Positions 18,370 through 26,621 of a DNA stretch of 64,000 nucleotides are shown here, piece by piece. The stretch's first letter is position 1. Every line of letters begins with the position of its first letter. The stretch is from the NCBI GenBank assembly GCA_964416155.1, contig CAYQCW010000007.1:51088-115087 (forward strand), given 5' to 3'. Origin of the DNA: an uncultured Nitrososphaerota archaeon. GTDB taxonomy: Archaea; Thermoproteota; EX4484-205; JAAOZP01. A program made the position numbers and the translations under genes. Below the pieces are notes generated by a model. That model saw nothing but the letters and a program-made list of their open reading frames with translations. It ran no database searches and was not told the DNA's origin.

Positions 18370-19062
18370 TTGGGAAGGATTGATATCAATCAACACGGAC
18401 GGATAATTGAGCGGGCGATTATAGTGACATTGTTGATAGCGATTCCAGTGTTAATAAGCGTCACGCAAACCACTGCCCAAGGCGTTAGGTACTATGCAGG
18501 ATACTATTTTTACGGTTATGAGGGTGCTTCACCTCCTTATGGAGTATCCGGCAGAATATATACCGTTAATAAGAACGTGCCCACGGGTCATTTCTACGCG
18601 CAGTGGCCTACTGTCATACTCAGTTATGTCTACGGGTTTCGGGTTCAGGTAGGCTATACTAAAGGTTGGGATACCAACTATCAGTTGACATGGTACGCGG
18701 AGAAGAATGACTGGAACGGTTGGGAAATTCGCTGGACTGGCACCCCGAGCGCTGGGGCCACGTACAATTATTGGATAGAGAGATATGAGAATAGCGGCGT
18801 CTGGGTCGGCGGGGTCTCTGGCTATTGGATGTGGGACTTCGGGACACTTAACCCCAACGTGGCGGTGGATTACCAAGCATTCAGCGAAACCACAACCACT
18901 GGAATAAATATCGATGGAACGCACTTCAGTAACCTATGCATCCTTAGCTACAATGGGATCGACTGGATCCCTTGGTACAGGCATGTTCCCAAGGAGGCTC
19001 GTCCTTATTACTGGCTTACACAAGTCTCCGATTGTGAGTTTTACGCTTGGGGTGGTGGCTGA
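18370..19062 (+). CDS. Secreted protein, putative glutamic peptidase (G1/neprosin-like fold)
   Basis: Signal peptide; YYAGY..GVSGRI..QVGY..WYAE..FSE pattern; Trp/Tyr-rich beta protein. Confidence 0.5.
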   Translation: MGRIDINQHGRIIERAIIVTLLIAIPVLISVTQTTAQGVRYYAGYYFYGYEGASPPYGVSGRIYTVNKNVPTGHFYAQWPTVILSYVYGFRVQVGYTKGWDTNYQLTWYAEKNDWNGWEIRWTGTPSAGATYNYWIERYENSGVWVGGVSGYWMWDFGTLNPNVAVDYQAFSETTTTGINIDGTHFSNLCILSYNGIDWIPWYRHVPKEARPYYWLTQVSDCEFYAWGGG

Positions 19063-19682
19063 TGGCTCGGGTTGGAAGTATGCTCCTTATAGTGCTTTTG
19101 GCAGTCATGGCTATGGGTGTAATCGTAGGGAACTACATTGTGCCCAAGCAATACGCGAACATGACCCCAGATTCTACTGCGTATGAAGCTTCCCCAAGAG
19201 GCCCCGCACCCTTCCCTGGTGAGATTGTTCCCCTGGATACTGTGGTCAGCCAGCTGGCCAATAAGGGGTTTACGCTCCACCTGCCCACGAAGATGATGAG
19301 GGGAATGAAGCTCACAGCCGTGTGGGCTAAGGTTCTCGATGGGCAGGTTAGCTTCCCCATAATAGTAGTCTACAGCAACACTGGGGACAAAGCCATCGAG
19401 ACGGCGGAAATCGGAATAGAAATAGCACCCATGCCTGAAATTCCCTTCCATGTGACCAATAGCTCAACCGACAGATTCGATAGGGTGGGCGAGTGGATGG
19501 CATTCGTCTCCAGCAGAGCACCAATGGGTTATAGAGAATATTATCTGAAGTATGGCACGGAGTACGCATATCTTGTAGATATAAAGATCGGCTCCTTGAA
19601 CTATCTCTTCAGGTTCGCACCCGTCTTGACAGAGGAGGAGATCATGGAAATCTGTCAAAGCATGAGGCCCATGGTGCCATAG
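19062..19682 (+). CDS. Membrane-anchored extracellular protein (DUF4367-like end)
   Basis: ATG overlaps the upstream TGA; N-terminal TM; FTLHLPT..G and LTEEEIMEICQSM motifs. Confidence 0.65.
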   Translation: MARVGSMLLIVLLAVMAMGVIVGNYIVPKQYANMTPDSTAYEASPRGPAPFPGEIVPLDTVVSQLANKGFTLHLPTKMMRGMKLTAVWAKVLDGQVSFPIIVVYSNTGDKAIETAEIGIEIAPMPEIPFHVTNSSTDRFDRVGEWMAFVSSRAPMGYREYYLKYGTEYAYLVDIKIGSLNYLFRFAPVLTEEEIMEICQSMRPMVP

Positions 19683-19730
19683 AAAATAACTGGAACACGC
19701 TTGATTAGAAAGGCTCATCTTCGCAAGCTG

Positions 19731-20981
19731 CTATTTCAGTATGCCGACTATTCCTCCGAAGCCCTTGTAGAGCATCATTCCCTCCTCGGTGGCTGTCGAT
19801 ATTAGCTCGAGCTGAACGTTTTTCTGAGAGGCTGTTTCAATGAAACGGTCTAGGAGGCTCTCTTTCTCAGCAACATAAAGGCTTGTTGCACCGCATTTTG
19901 GGCATGGTGTCGAGGATGTTTTTGCTGGAAGAGTTATCAGTTCTTGAAACGGGTGTTGCTCAACAGTCTCGTAGTCGCATCTGCCGCATCTAATCTTAAC
20001 CATGAATATGTCTAGGGCCTCTGAGAAAAGCATGAGCCTAACCTTTCCGCTTTGAACCGCGTTCTCAACCTCTTTAAGCCCGTAGACAACCCTGTCCGGC
20101 TCCGTGCCCACAAGCTTAAGGAAGCTGCCCACCAGGTTCCTCTCCTTTATCAAGTCGAGCTCCTGAAGCTTTTCAGACGCTTTCCCAAGTATCTCCTTTA
20201 TGCCCTGGTGACCCGTGTAGGAGGTGTCCACCACGGCCAGTATTTTTCTCCTAAGCTCGTAGTGGATGAAATCTTTTTCGAGAAACATATCCTTCGTTGG
20301 CCCCGGCCCTCCTACTATCAACCCTTTAACATCAGTGTTCTGAAGGTAAACCTCGTTCAGACGTTCAGCAACACGCCTGTAGAAATCGTTGAGCTCCATC
20401 TCCCTCAATCTTTCAAACCTTCTGGCCGACTGGCCCCCCTTGCTCGTCTTACCTGGGACGCCGGAGGTCAACTCGTCTTTCACGTCGATATTCCTGCCCG
20501 TTGCGAGCGCTATGGTCGCCTCAGAATTATCGATGGACAGGATTAGATACTTATCCTTCTTCTCAAGCATTTCTTTAAGAGGCTCGACGTAAAACTTGTC
20601 GTCGCAACCATAGTATGAGAGGGTTATTTTCTCAGGGGGCTCTATCACGTGTATCTCAATATTCTCCGAACCAGGGGTCTCCCCGGGGATTGCCCCGCAG
20701 AATATGACGAGCCCGTTTTCAGGAGCCTCGTCGTAAAGCTTAAGCCTCTGCTGCACCTTAACTATAGCGTCCTGAACATTCTTCCTCGTTGTTCTAGACT
20801 TAATGTTAGACGCCTTCCCATACTCCTCCCTCAGGTTCGTCACCACCTCGCTTATTCTTCTCCCCGGAGGTATGTAGAGGCTGATCAACTCTGTCCCCCG
20901 ACCCTTTTTTTCAGAGAGTTCTCTAAGAGTTCTTCTCGAAACATACTCCTTCACCGATGTTGCAAGCGTTTTTTCACTCAA
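19731..20981 (-). CDS. prf1: Peptide chain release factor aRF1
   Basis: GTELISLYIP, ASNIKS, YxCDDKF and GGQSARRF motifs; TTG start at 20981 avoids overlap with pyrH. Confidence 0.97.
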   Translation of the reverse strand: MSEKTLATSVKEYVSRRTLRELSEKKGRGTELISLYIPPGRRISEVVTNLREEYGKASNIKSRTTRKNVQDAIVKVQQRLKLYDEAPENGLVIFCGAIPGETPGSENIEIHVIEPPEKITLSYYGCDDKFYVEPLKEMLEKKDKYLILSIDNSEATIALATGRNIDVKDELTSGVPGKTSKGGQSARRFERLREMELNDFYRRVAERLNEVYLQNTDVKGLIVGGPGPTKDMFLEKDFIHYELRRKILAVVDTSYTGHQGIKEILGKASEKLQELDLIKERNLVGSFLKLVGTEPDRVVYGLKEVENAVQSGKVRLMLFSEALDIFMVKIRCGRCDYETVEQHPFQELITLPAKTSSTPCPKCGATSLYVAEKESLLDRFIETASQKNVQLELISTATEEGMMLYKGFGGIVGILK

Positions 20982-21053
20982 AACACGGTTCTCCGGGGAG
21001 TCCTCGCTGACCCCATATATTAATATTTCACTCCCTAGGGAGATAAGGGAGAA

Positions 21054-21743
21054 ATGAGGATAGTGCTGAAAATAGGGCATGCTCTCTTCAAGGGCCACTC
21101 GATAGACTTGGAGAAGATACGTGGGACGGCGGACGCGATACTGAGGCTGCGCAACGCTGGTCATAGGGTTGTTGTCGTGGTCGGCGGGGGTGAGCCCAGC
21201 AGGACCTTCATAAAGGCGGCTAGAAGCCTCGGGGCGGACCATGCTACTTGCGACGAGGTCGGCATAATGGTCACCTGGATTAACGCTCTCCTACTGTCCA
21301 TAGCGTTCGGAGAGGCCTCGAGCAGAAACATCATAAGCAGTTTTGAAGAGCTCGAGAGGCAGTTGGACACGGCTGGGGGTAAAATACTCGTCGGAGGAGG
21401 CTTCACGCCGGCCCAGTCGACAGACGCTGTCGCAGCACTAATAGCTGAGAGGCTGAAAGCCGATCTTCTGATAAAGACTACTGATGTCGACGGCGTTTAT
21501 AACGTTGATCCTAAGAAAAACCCGGATGCGAAGCTGCTTAAAGAGGTGAGCGTGAGAAGGCTCAGGAAAATACTGGGGCAGGAGTCGACACCGGGCGGAT
21601 ACAAGCTTCTAGACCAGGTTTCCCTCTCAATACTTGAAAGGTCAAGAATACCGGTTGTAATCGTAAACGGTTCCGATCCTGAAAACATTATTAGAGCAGC
21701 CTCTGGGGAGAAAGTAGGCACGAGAATAAACTATTCCGAATAA
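21054..21743 (+). CDS. pyrH: Uridylate kinase
   Basis: IVLKIG, VVVGGG, PAQSTDAVAA and TDVDGVYNVDP motifs. Confidence 0.95.
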   Translation: MRIVLKIGHALFKGHSIDLEKIRGTADAILRLRNAGHRVVVVVGGGEPSRTFIKAARSLGADHATCDEVGIMVTWINALLLSIAFGEASSRNIISSFEELERQLDTAGGKILVGGGFTPAQSTDAVAALIAERLKADLLIKTTDVDGVYNVDPKKNPDAKLLKEVSVRRLRKILGQESTPGGYKLLDQVSLSILERSRIPVVIVNGSDPENIIRAASGEKVGTRINYSE

Positions 21744-22069
21744 CACACTGCCTATGGAGAAGCGTGAATAATTGGGTGGAAGTATAATCTGGCGGGAGAG
21801 GGGGAGGATGATGATTTCTAACCCCGTTTAACCCGTATCAAGATGAAACAATCCACGAGCACTGGGTTTGCAACCCATACTGGGGTGCTCCACATATTTT
21901 TCAGGTAAGGGTCACGGGAAGAATTAGGCGGGGCTAAAAGTAAGCTGTTTGTTAAATACTTTTCTTAAGAGGCGTCTTTCAACCTGCATTCGTCTTACTG
22001 GAAGAAGGCGTATAATTTAGGTAGAAGCGGGTCGTGTGGTTTAAACCTAGGGAGAAAAATATTAGGGGA

Positions 22070-22201
22070 TGGGGCCAGGGCGATTTGAACGCCCATTCAC
22101 GGGTTTCCTCCCAGCTCCAACCTTTCCTCATCTCCCTCGCCGGGATCCTTGGCTTGCATGCGGCTGGAGCCCGCCGTCCTGCCTGGTTAGACTATGGCCC
22201 C
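22070..22201 (-). tRNA. tRNA-Trp(CCA) with a 59-nt canonical intron (22105-22163)
   Basis: GGGGCCA TA GTCT AACCAGGCA GGAC G GCGGG CTCCAG[intron]A CCCGT GAAT GGGCG TTCAAAT CGCCC TGGCCCC A. Confidence 0.93.
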
Positions 22202-22419
22202 GGTTTCCCCGTGTGTTTTCCTTACGGCGGATTTTTAAGGTTTTTCATGTTGCTGGTTTTTTAGGGTTATTTTACCGGGTGTATGAGGGATAAGGTTGTG
22301 GTTTTCTTAGGCTGTTTACCGCCGTTTTTCATGATTGTTTAAATCTGGTTAGGCTTAAGCGGGGCTGGGGGTGGGGAAGGTTTTATTAAGGAGTTACGCT
22401 GTTTAATCTTCGATGAGAA

Positions 22420-22662
22420 ATGGCTCACGCGTATGTTTTGATGAATGTTGAGATAGGGACTGAGAACGATGTTCTCAACAGGCTTAAGGATACTCCTGGG
22501 GTTGTGGAGTCCTGGATTGTTTTCGGCGTTTACGATATTATTACTAAGGTTGAGGCTGAGAACAGTGAGAAGCTTAAGGAGGTCGTAAGCAAGTATATTA
22601 GGAAGATTGAGGGCGTTAGGAATACTCTCACGCTGATGCCTATTGAAGGCTTCGCCAAGTAA
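22420..22662 (+). CDS. Stand-alone Lrp/AsnC ligand-binding (RAM) domain protein
   Basis: AYVLMNVE.G..VFGVYDII.KVE...IRKIEGVRNTLT. Confidence 0.9.
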   Translation: MAHAYVLMNVEIGTENDVLNRLKDTPGVVESWIVFGVYDIITKVEAENSEKLKEVVSKYIRKIEGVRNTLTLMPIEGFAK

Positions 22663-22705
22663 AGTTTAAGCCTGGCTCGACGAAGAGTATCGTGAACTGT
22701 TAGCG

Positions 22706-23059
22706 ATGGGGTTGAGATTCGGGTCTAAGAGGGAGCAGGAGCGTCTGCTTAAGAGGCTTGGGATAAGGCTTGAGGAGGTGCAGGGCGTTAGAAGCGTAGT
22801 TATTGAGACTGACAGCGAGAGGATTGTTTTCGACTCCCCGGCTGTGACTAAGATGGTTAGCGGTGGTCAGGAGATATACCAGGTTATCGGGGAGCCCATG
22901 GTTGAGAAGAAGGAGAAGGAGGAGTATGTTCCCCTGGAGGAGGATGTTCTGCTTGTGGCGAAGCAGACCGGTAGGAGTGTTGAGGACGCAAGGAAAGCCT
23001 TGATAACGACTGAGGGCGATATCGCTCAAGCGATTGTTCTGCTTCAATCAGGCCGGTAG
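22706..23059 (+). CDS. nac: Nascent polypeptide-associated complex protein
   Basis: NAC domain plus UBA (EDVLLVAKQTG..ARKAL..GDIAQAI). Confidence 0.93.
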   Translation: MGLRFGSKREQERLLKRLGIRLEEVQGVRSVVIETDSERIVFDSPAVTKMVSGGQEIYQVIGEPMVEKKEKEEYVPLEEDVLLVAKQTGRSVEDARKALITTEGDIAQAIVLLQSGR

Positions 23060-23106
23060 GGAAAGGCATATTTGCTTCCCCCATGTTTTCTTAAGGGTCT
23101 TTAAAA

Positions 23107-23634
23107 ATGGTATGCGAGATATGCGGGGCTAGGGCGCCGAAACTTAGGAGAACAATCATAGAGGGCAGCGTTATGAATGTTTGCCCAGACTGTTTCAACA
23201 CTCTTACTAAGAAGACTCCTGTTGAAAACGTGTTTGCCAAGCCAGGTGGAACCCTGGTGAAGAAGCCGGTTGCCGCTAAGCCGGTTACGGTTAAAAAGAT
23301 TGAAAAGAAGACTCCTGTTGAAAACGTCTCTCTAGCAGAATCCGTGGAGCTTGCGAGCAATTACAGGGAGCTTATTAAGAGTAGGAGGAGGAAGCTCGGC
23401 TGGAGCGAGGAGGACCTTGGGGAGAAAACAGGTTTGAAAACGTCTCTGATAAAGAAGATTGAGACCGGCAAGATAACTCCCTCCGTGGTTGACGTTAGGA
23501 AGATTGAGGACGCTTTGAAAATAAAGCTGCTTACGAGTATTAAGCAGGAAGCGGCTCCCGTTAAGCATCTTGCTAAGAGCTCTTCTTCAGCCTTAACCCT
23601 GGGGGATATTTTGCGCGACGAGGCTGCTGAATAG
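23107..23634 (+). CDS. Archaeal multiprotein bridging factor aMBF1
   Basis: CEICG..VCPDC zinc ribbon, Cro-like HTH and terminal LTLGD. Confidence 0.93.
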   Translation: MVCEICGARAPKLRRTIIEGSVMNVCPDCFNTLTKKTPVENVFAKPGGTLVKKPVAAKPVTVKKIEKKTPVENVSLAESVELASNYRELIKSRRRKLGWSEEDLGEKTGLKTSLIKKIETGKITPSVVDVRKIEDALKIKLLTSIKQEAAPVKHLAKSSSSALTLGDILRDEAAE

Positions 23635-23654
23635 CCGGGGAGGAGACGCCCAGC

Positions 23655-24230
23655 ATGGTTCAAACCGGCTGCGAAATAGGGGTTCTCCGCCTCGGCCACA
23701 GGATATTCAGGGATAAGAGGGTGACTATGCATGCTTTCCTTGTTTCAAGAGCCTTCGGGGCAACCTCGTTCATCATTCACGGAGATAGGGATTCTAAGCT
23801 TGAGGAGAAAGCCAGAAGGGTTGTTAGAGACTGGGGTGGGAGAATAAGCATCGGCTACAGTGGAGACTGGTTGAAAACAGTTGAGGACTGGAGGAGCAGG
23901 GGGAGCCTGATCCTTCACCTAACGATGTACGGCATGCCCGTTGAAAACGTTATCGAGAGCATCAGGGTGGAGAGCAGGCTCCTAGTGATAATCGGCGGCC
24001 GGAAGGTTCCCCGAGAAGCCTACGAGGTTTCGGATTACAATGTCGCAGTAACAAATCAGCCTCACTCAGAGATAGCCGCGCTCGCAATGTTTCTAGACAG
24101 GTTTTTCAAGGGCCAAGAGCTCTACATGCAACATGAGAAGGCAAGGGTCTTCGCGGTTCCCTCACCCAGAGGAAAAGTAATATGTAGGAACCCGTTTTAC
24201 AAGGAGGAGGAGAAAGTTGAGCGAGGATAG
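23655..24230 (+). CDS. trm56: tRNA (cytidine56-2'-O)-methyltransferase
   Basis: VLRLGHR..RDKRVT.H, HLTMYG and NQPHSEIAALA motifs. Confidence 0.95.
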   Translation: MVQTGCEIGVLRLGHRIFRDKRVTMHAFLVSRAFGATSFIIHGDRDSKLEEKARRVVRDWGGRISIGYSGDWLKTVEDWRSRGSLILHLTMYGMPVENVIESIRVESRLLVIIGGRKVPREAYEVSDYNVAVTNQPHSEIAALAMFLDRFFKGQELYMQHEKARVFAVPSPRGKVICRNPFYKEEEKVERG

Positions 24231-24744
24231 GCTTGACGCCGTAAGCCATCTTTACACGCAGATCGTAGGCCTCATAGGGGGAGACGAGGCTATAGAGGTT
24301 GCTGAGGCATTAATACAGCTTAAGAAGGCGAGCGAGGAGCAGATATCCTCTAAAACCGAGTTGAGAGTAGGAGACGTGAGGAAAATACTTTTCAAGCTTT
24401 ACGAGAAGGCGTTAATAACCTACGAGGAGCTGAAGAAGGAGGAGGGAGATAAGATAAAAAGCATATTCTTATGGATGCCGCTCATAGACCAGGTTGAGGG
24501 AATAGCTGCAAACTACAGGCGTATGATTCTACAGAAGCTCAGGGAGAAGCTCGCATTCGCAGAGGGCAACGAGCTCTACCACTGTGGAAAAGAAGGCCAT
24601 AAAATACTTGTTTTCGACGAGGCTGTTGAAAACCTTTTCAGATGCCCCATGTGCAGCGAACCCCTCTTCAGAATGAATAAGGAGGAGTACGTTAGGAAAC
24701 TGAACACACTGATAAAAACAATTGAAAATGAGGAGAAAGAGTAG
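24217..24744 (+). CDS. tfe: Transcription factor E alpha
   Basis: Winged helix (VRKILFKL) plus FRCPMC zinc ribbon; conserved position after trm56. Confidence 0.9.
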   Translation: MSEDRLDAVSHLYTQIVGLIGGDEAIEVAEALIQLKKASEEQISSKTELRVGDVRKILFKLYEKALITYEELKKEEGDKIKSIFLWMPLIDQVEGIAANYRRMILQKLREKLAFAEGNELYHCGKEGHKILVFDEAVENLFRCPMCSEPLFRMNKEEYVRKLNTLIKTIENEEKE

Positions 24745-25291
24745 AATACCAAATGAAGAGAAATGCGTCAAGATTCTTTTAGAAGAAGGGGTTAACAGCA
24801 GTGTTCTTAGACACGCCTTGAAAGTCAGCGAGGTCGCTAAAGACTTAGCAGACAGAGTAGAGTCAAAAGGATACCGTGTGAATAAGAAGCTGGTTACGGC
24901 GGGAGCACTTCTCCACGACATTGGAAGAGCAGTCACCCACGATGTTTCACACGGAGTAATAGGCGGCCAAATAGTTAGAAGAAGGAAACTAGATGAACAG
25001 CTTGCGAGAATAGTTGAGAGACACGTGGGAGCAGGAATATCCGAGGAAGAGGCTGCGAAGCTGAAACTAGGCACAATAAGCCTAATCCCGGAGACCGTTG
25101 AGGAGAAAATAGTCTGCTACGCCGACAAGCTTGTAGACAGCGATAAGAAGATAGAGTACACGGAAACCCTGAAATACTTCAAGGAGAAACTGGGCGTAGA
25201 CCACCCTGCAATAAGAAGGCTCGAAGAACTAGACGAGTTTTTCCAAGAAATCCTCCGAAAGGACGATAGGAACGAAAAACACAATTGTTGA
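24728..25291 (+). CDS. HD-domain protein (TIGR00295-like)
   Basis: ALLHDIGR, HGVIGG, ERHVGAG and EEKIVCYADKL motifs. Confidence 0.9.
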   Translation: MRRKSRIPNEEKCVKILLEEGVNSSVLRHALKVSEVAKDLADRVESKGYRVNKKLVTAGALLHDIGRAVTHDVSHGVIGGQIVRRRKLDEQLARIVERHVGAGISEEEAAKLKLGTISLIPETVEEKIVCYADKLVDSDKKIEYTETLKYFKEKLGVDHPAIRRLEELDEFFQEILRKDDRNEKHNC

Positions 25292-25464
25292 AACCCTTCA
25301 AGAAAACTAAATAGTTAAACAAGGATGTAAAGGAAAGCAGGTGTTAGTTTTCAGCTAGCAAACCTTTCACGTGCTAAGCGGAATCATAACCTCGATAGGT
25401 TTACCTCGCAATGTTTAATACAGCTAAGAAAGGTTTTTATCCACCCTAGAACACTGAGCAAACA

Positions 25465-25609
25465 GGACCCGTAGCTCAAATTTAAGTACTAGATTCGCGT
25501 GATGGCGTGAGTCTAGTACTTGAAGAGCAGCCTGGTTAGAGCGCTGGGCTTTTAACCCAGAGCCGCGCGCGGCGGGTAAATGTTGCGGGTTCAATTCCCG
25601 CCGGGTCCG
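25465..25609 (+). tRNA. tRNA-Lys(TTT) with two non-canonical introns (15/16: 25480-25530; 43/44: 25561-25579)
   Basis: Mature GGACCCG TA GCTC AACCTGGTTA GAGC G CTGGG CTTTTAA CCCAG ATGTT GCGGG TTCAATT CCCGC CGGGTCC G; BHB cores GCTC/GAGC and ACCC/GGGT. Confidence 0.9.
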
Positions 25610-25663
25610 TTACTTATAACGTTCAGAAAAATTTAATAGCTGGCTTAAAGATGAAGGAGACAA

Positions 25664-25763
25664 GGGCCAGTGGCCCAGCCTGGTTAAGGCGCCCGGCTGA
25701 TAATAGATGAATATAAATCTATTTGAAACCGGGAGATCGCCGGTTCGAATCCGGCCTGGCCCA
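25664..25763 (+). tRNA. tRNA-Ile(GAT) with a canonical intron (25703-25727)
   Basis: GGGCCAG...CCCGG CTGATA[25 nt]A CCGGG AGATC GCCGG TTCGAAT CCGGC CTGGCCC A. Confidence 0.93.
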
Positions 25764-25882
25764 CTTTTAGTGAATGTGTAAACGCGTATCTCATTCTTTT
25801 CCGCGCCATGGTGTTCGCAATCTTCAATAATGAGATTAGAAGGCGATTATGCTTAAAGCTGTGCTTCACGAGTATTAGTAGG

Positions 25883-26621
25883 ATGGTGAACCCTAAGCTT
25901 AGGAAGAGGCTTGTGGATTCGATAGAGTATCTTCGTAAAATGGGTTTCTTCCAAAACTACTCCGACTTGTCCTCCGAGGAGATTCTTAAGAAGATTTGAA
26001 CGGCGAGATAGAATATTCTATGCTGTCGGTTGATGAGAAGGATGAGAGGAGTTTTTAAAAAAGGCGGAGGAGGAGAGAGAAAGGGGAAACTTGGGGCCAG
26101 CGTCTAAAAAAGTGGATTGAAAAGGATGAGGATCAGTGGATGAAGAAGAGCGATTTCGGAGTAGATTTAGAGCTGAGCTTTTTCGATAGGAGGAGGATTT
26201 TCGCTGAAGATGTAGAGACTATGATTTATGAAGGCATGGTGGTCGTGTTGTTGAAGAAACTAGCTAGGATTTCAAGAGGCGTTTTCCAGCCGACGAATAT
26301 GAGGGAGAAGAAGTGGGTCCAATGGCATGGGAAGGCTCCTCAAGACGATGGAATACATTTCAAAATTCCTTAACTATGATTATAGGACTAGGATCGGGTG
26401 TGCTTCGAGTTCAGGAGAGAGGAGCATGTCGTCGATTTTTACTGTAGAGGTGATTTTCTGAATATAGAACTCGTGGTAAATAGGATAAACGAGCTTATTA
26501 AGGATGCTGGATATCAATACTACCGGCTTCAGGAGACTACTTCTGTTTCGCTGTTCTCACTCGGGATGAAGCTGAGAAGCTAATGAAGGAAAGGGGCTGG
26601 AGATTTATAAAGGTGTATTAG
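25883..26621 (+). pseudogene. Decayed putative immunity protein
   Basis: Fragments MVNPKLRKRLVDSIEYLRKMGFF / LKKLARISRGVFQP / INELIKDAGYQYY / EAEKLMKERGW across frameshifts; convergent with the toxin relic. Confidence 0.65.

Noticed and set aside
20982-21242. 87-aa N-terminal extension of aRF1 in the ORF track
   Set aside because: It overlaps pyrH antisense and the shared promoter region; family similarity starts near TTG 20981
21800-21895. Possible C/D sRNA or structured RNA (ATGATGA box; GAGCAC...GTGCTC hairpin) downstream of pyrH
   Set aside because: No convincing CTGA D box and no identifiable target; cannot be supported without covariation data
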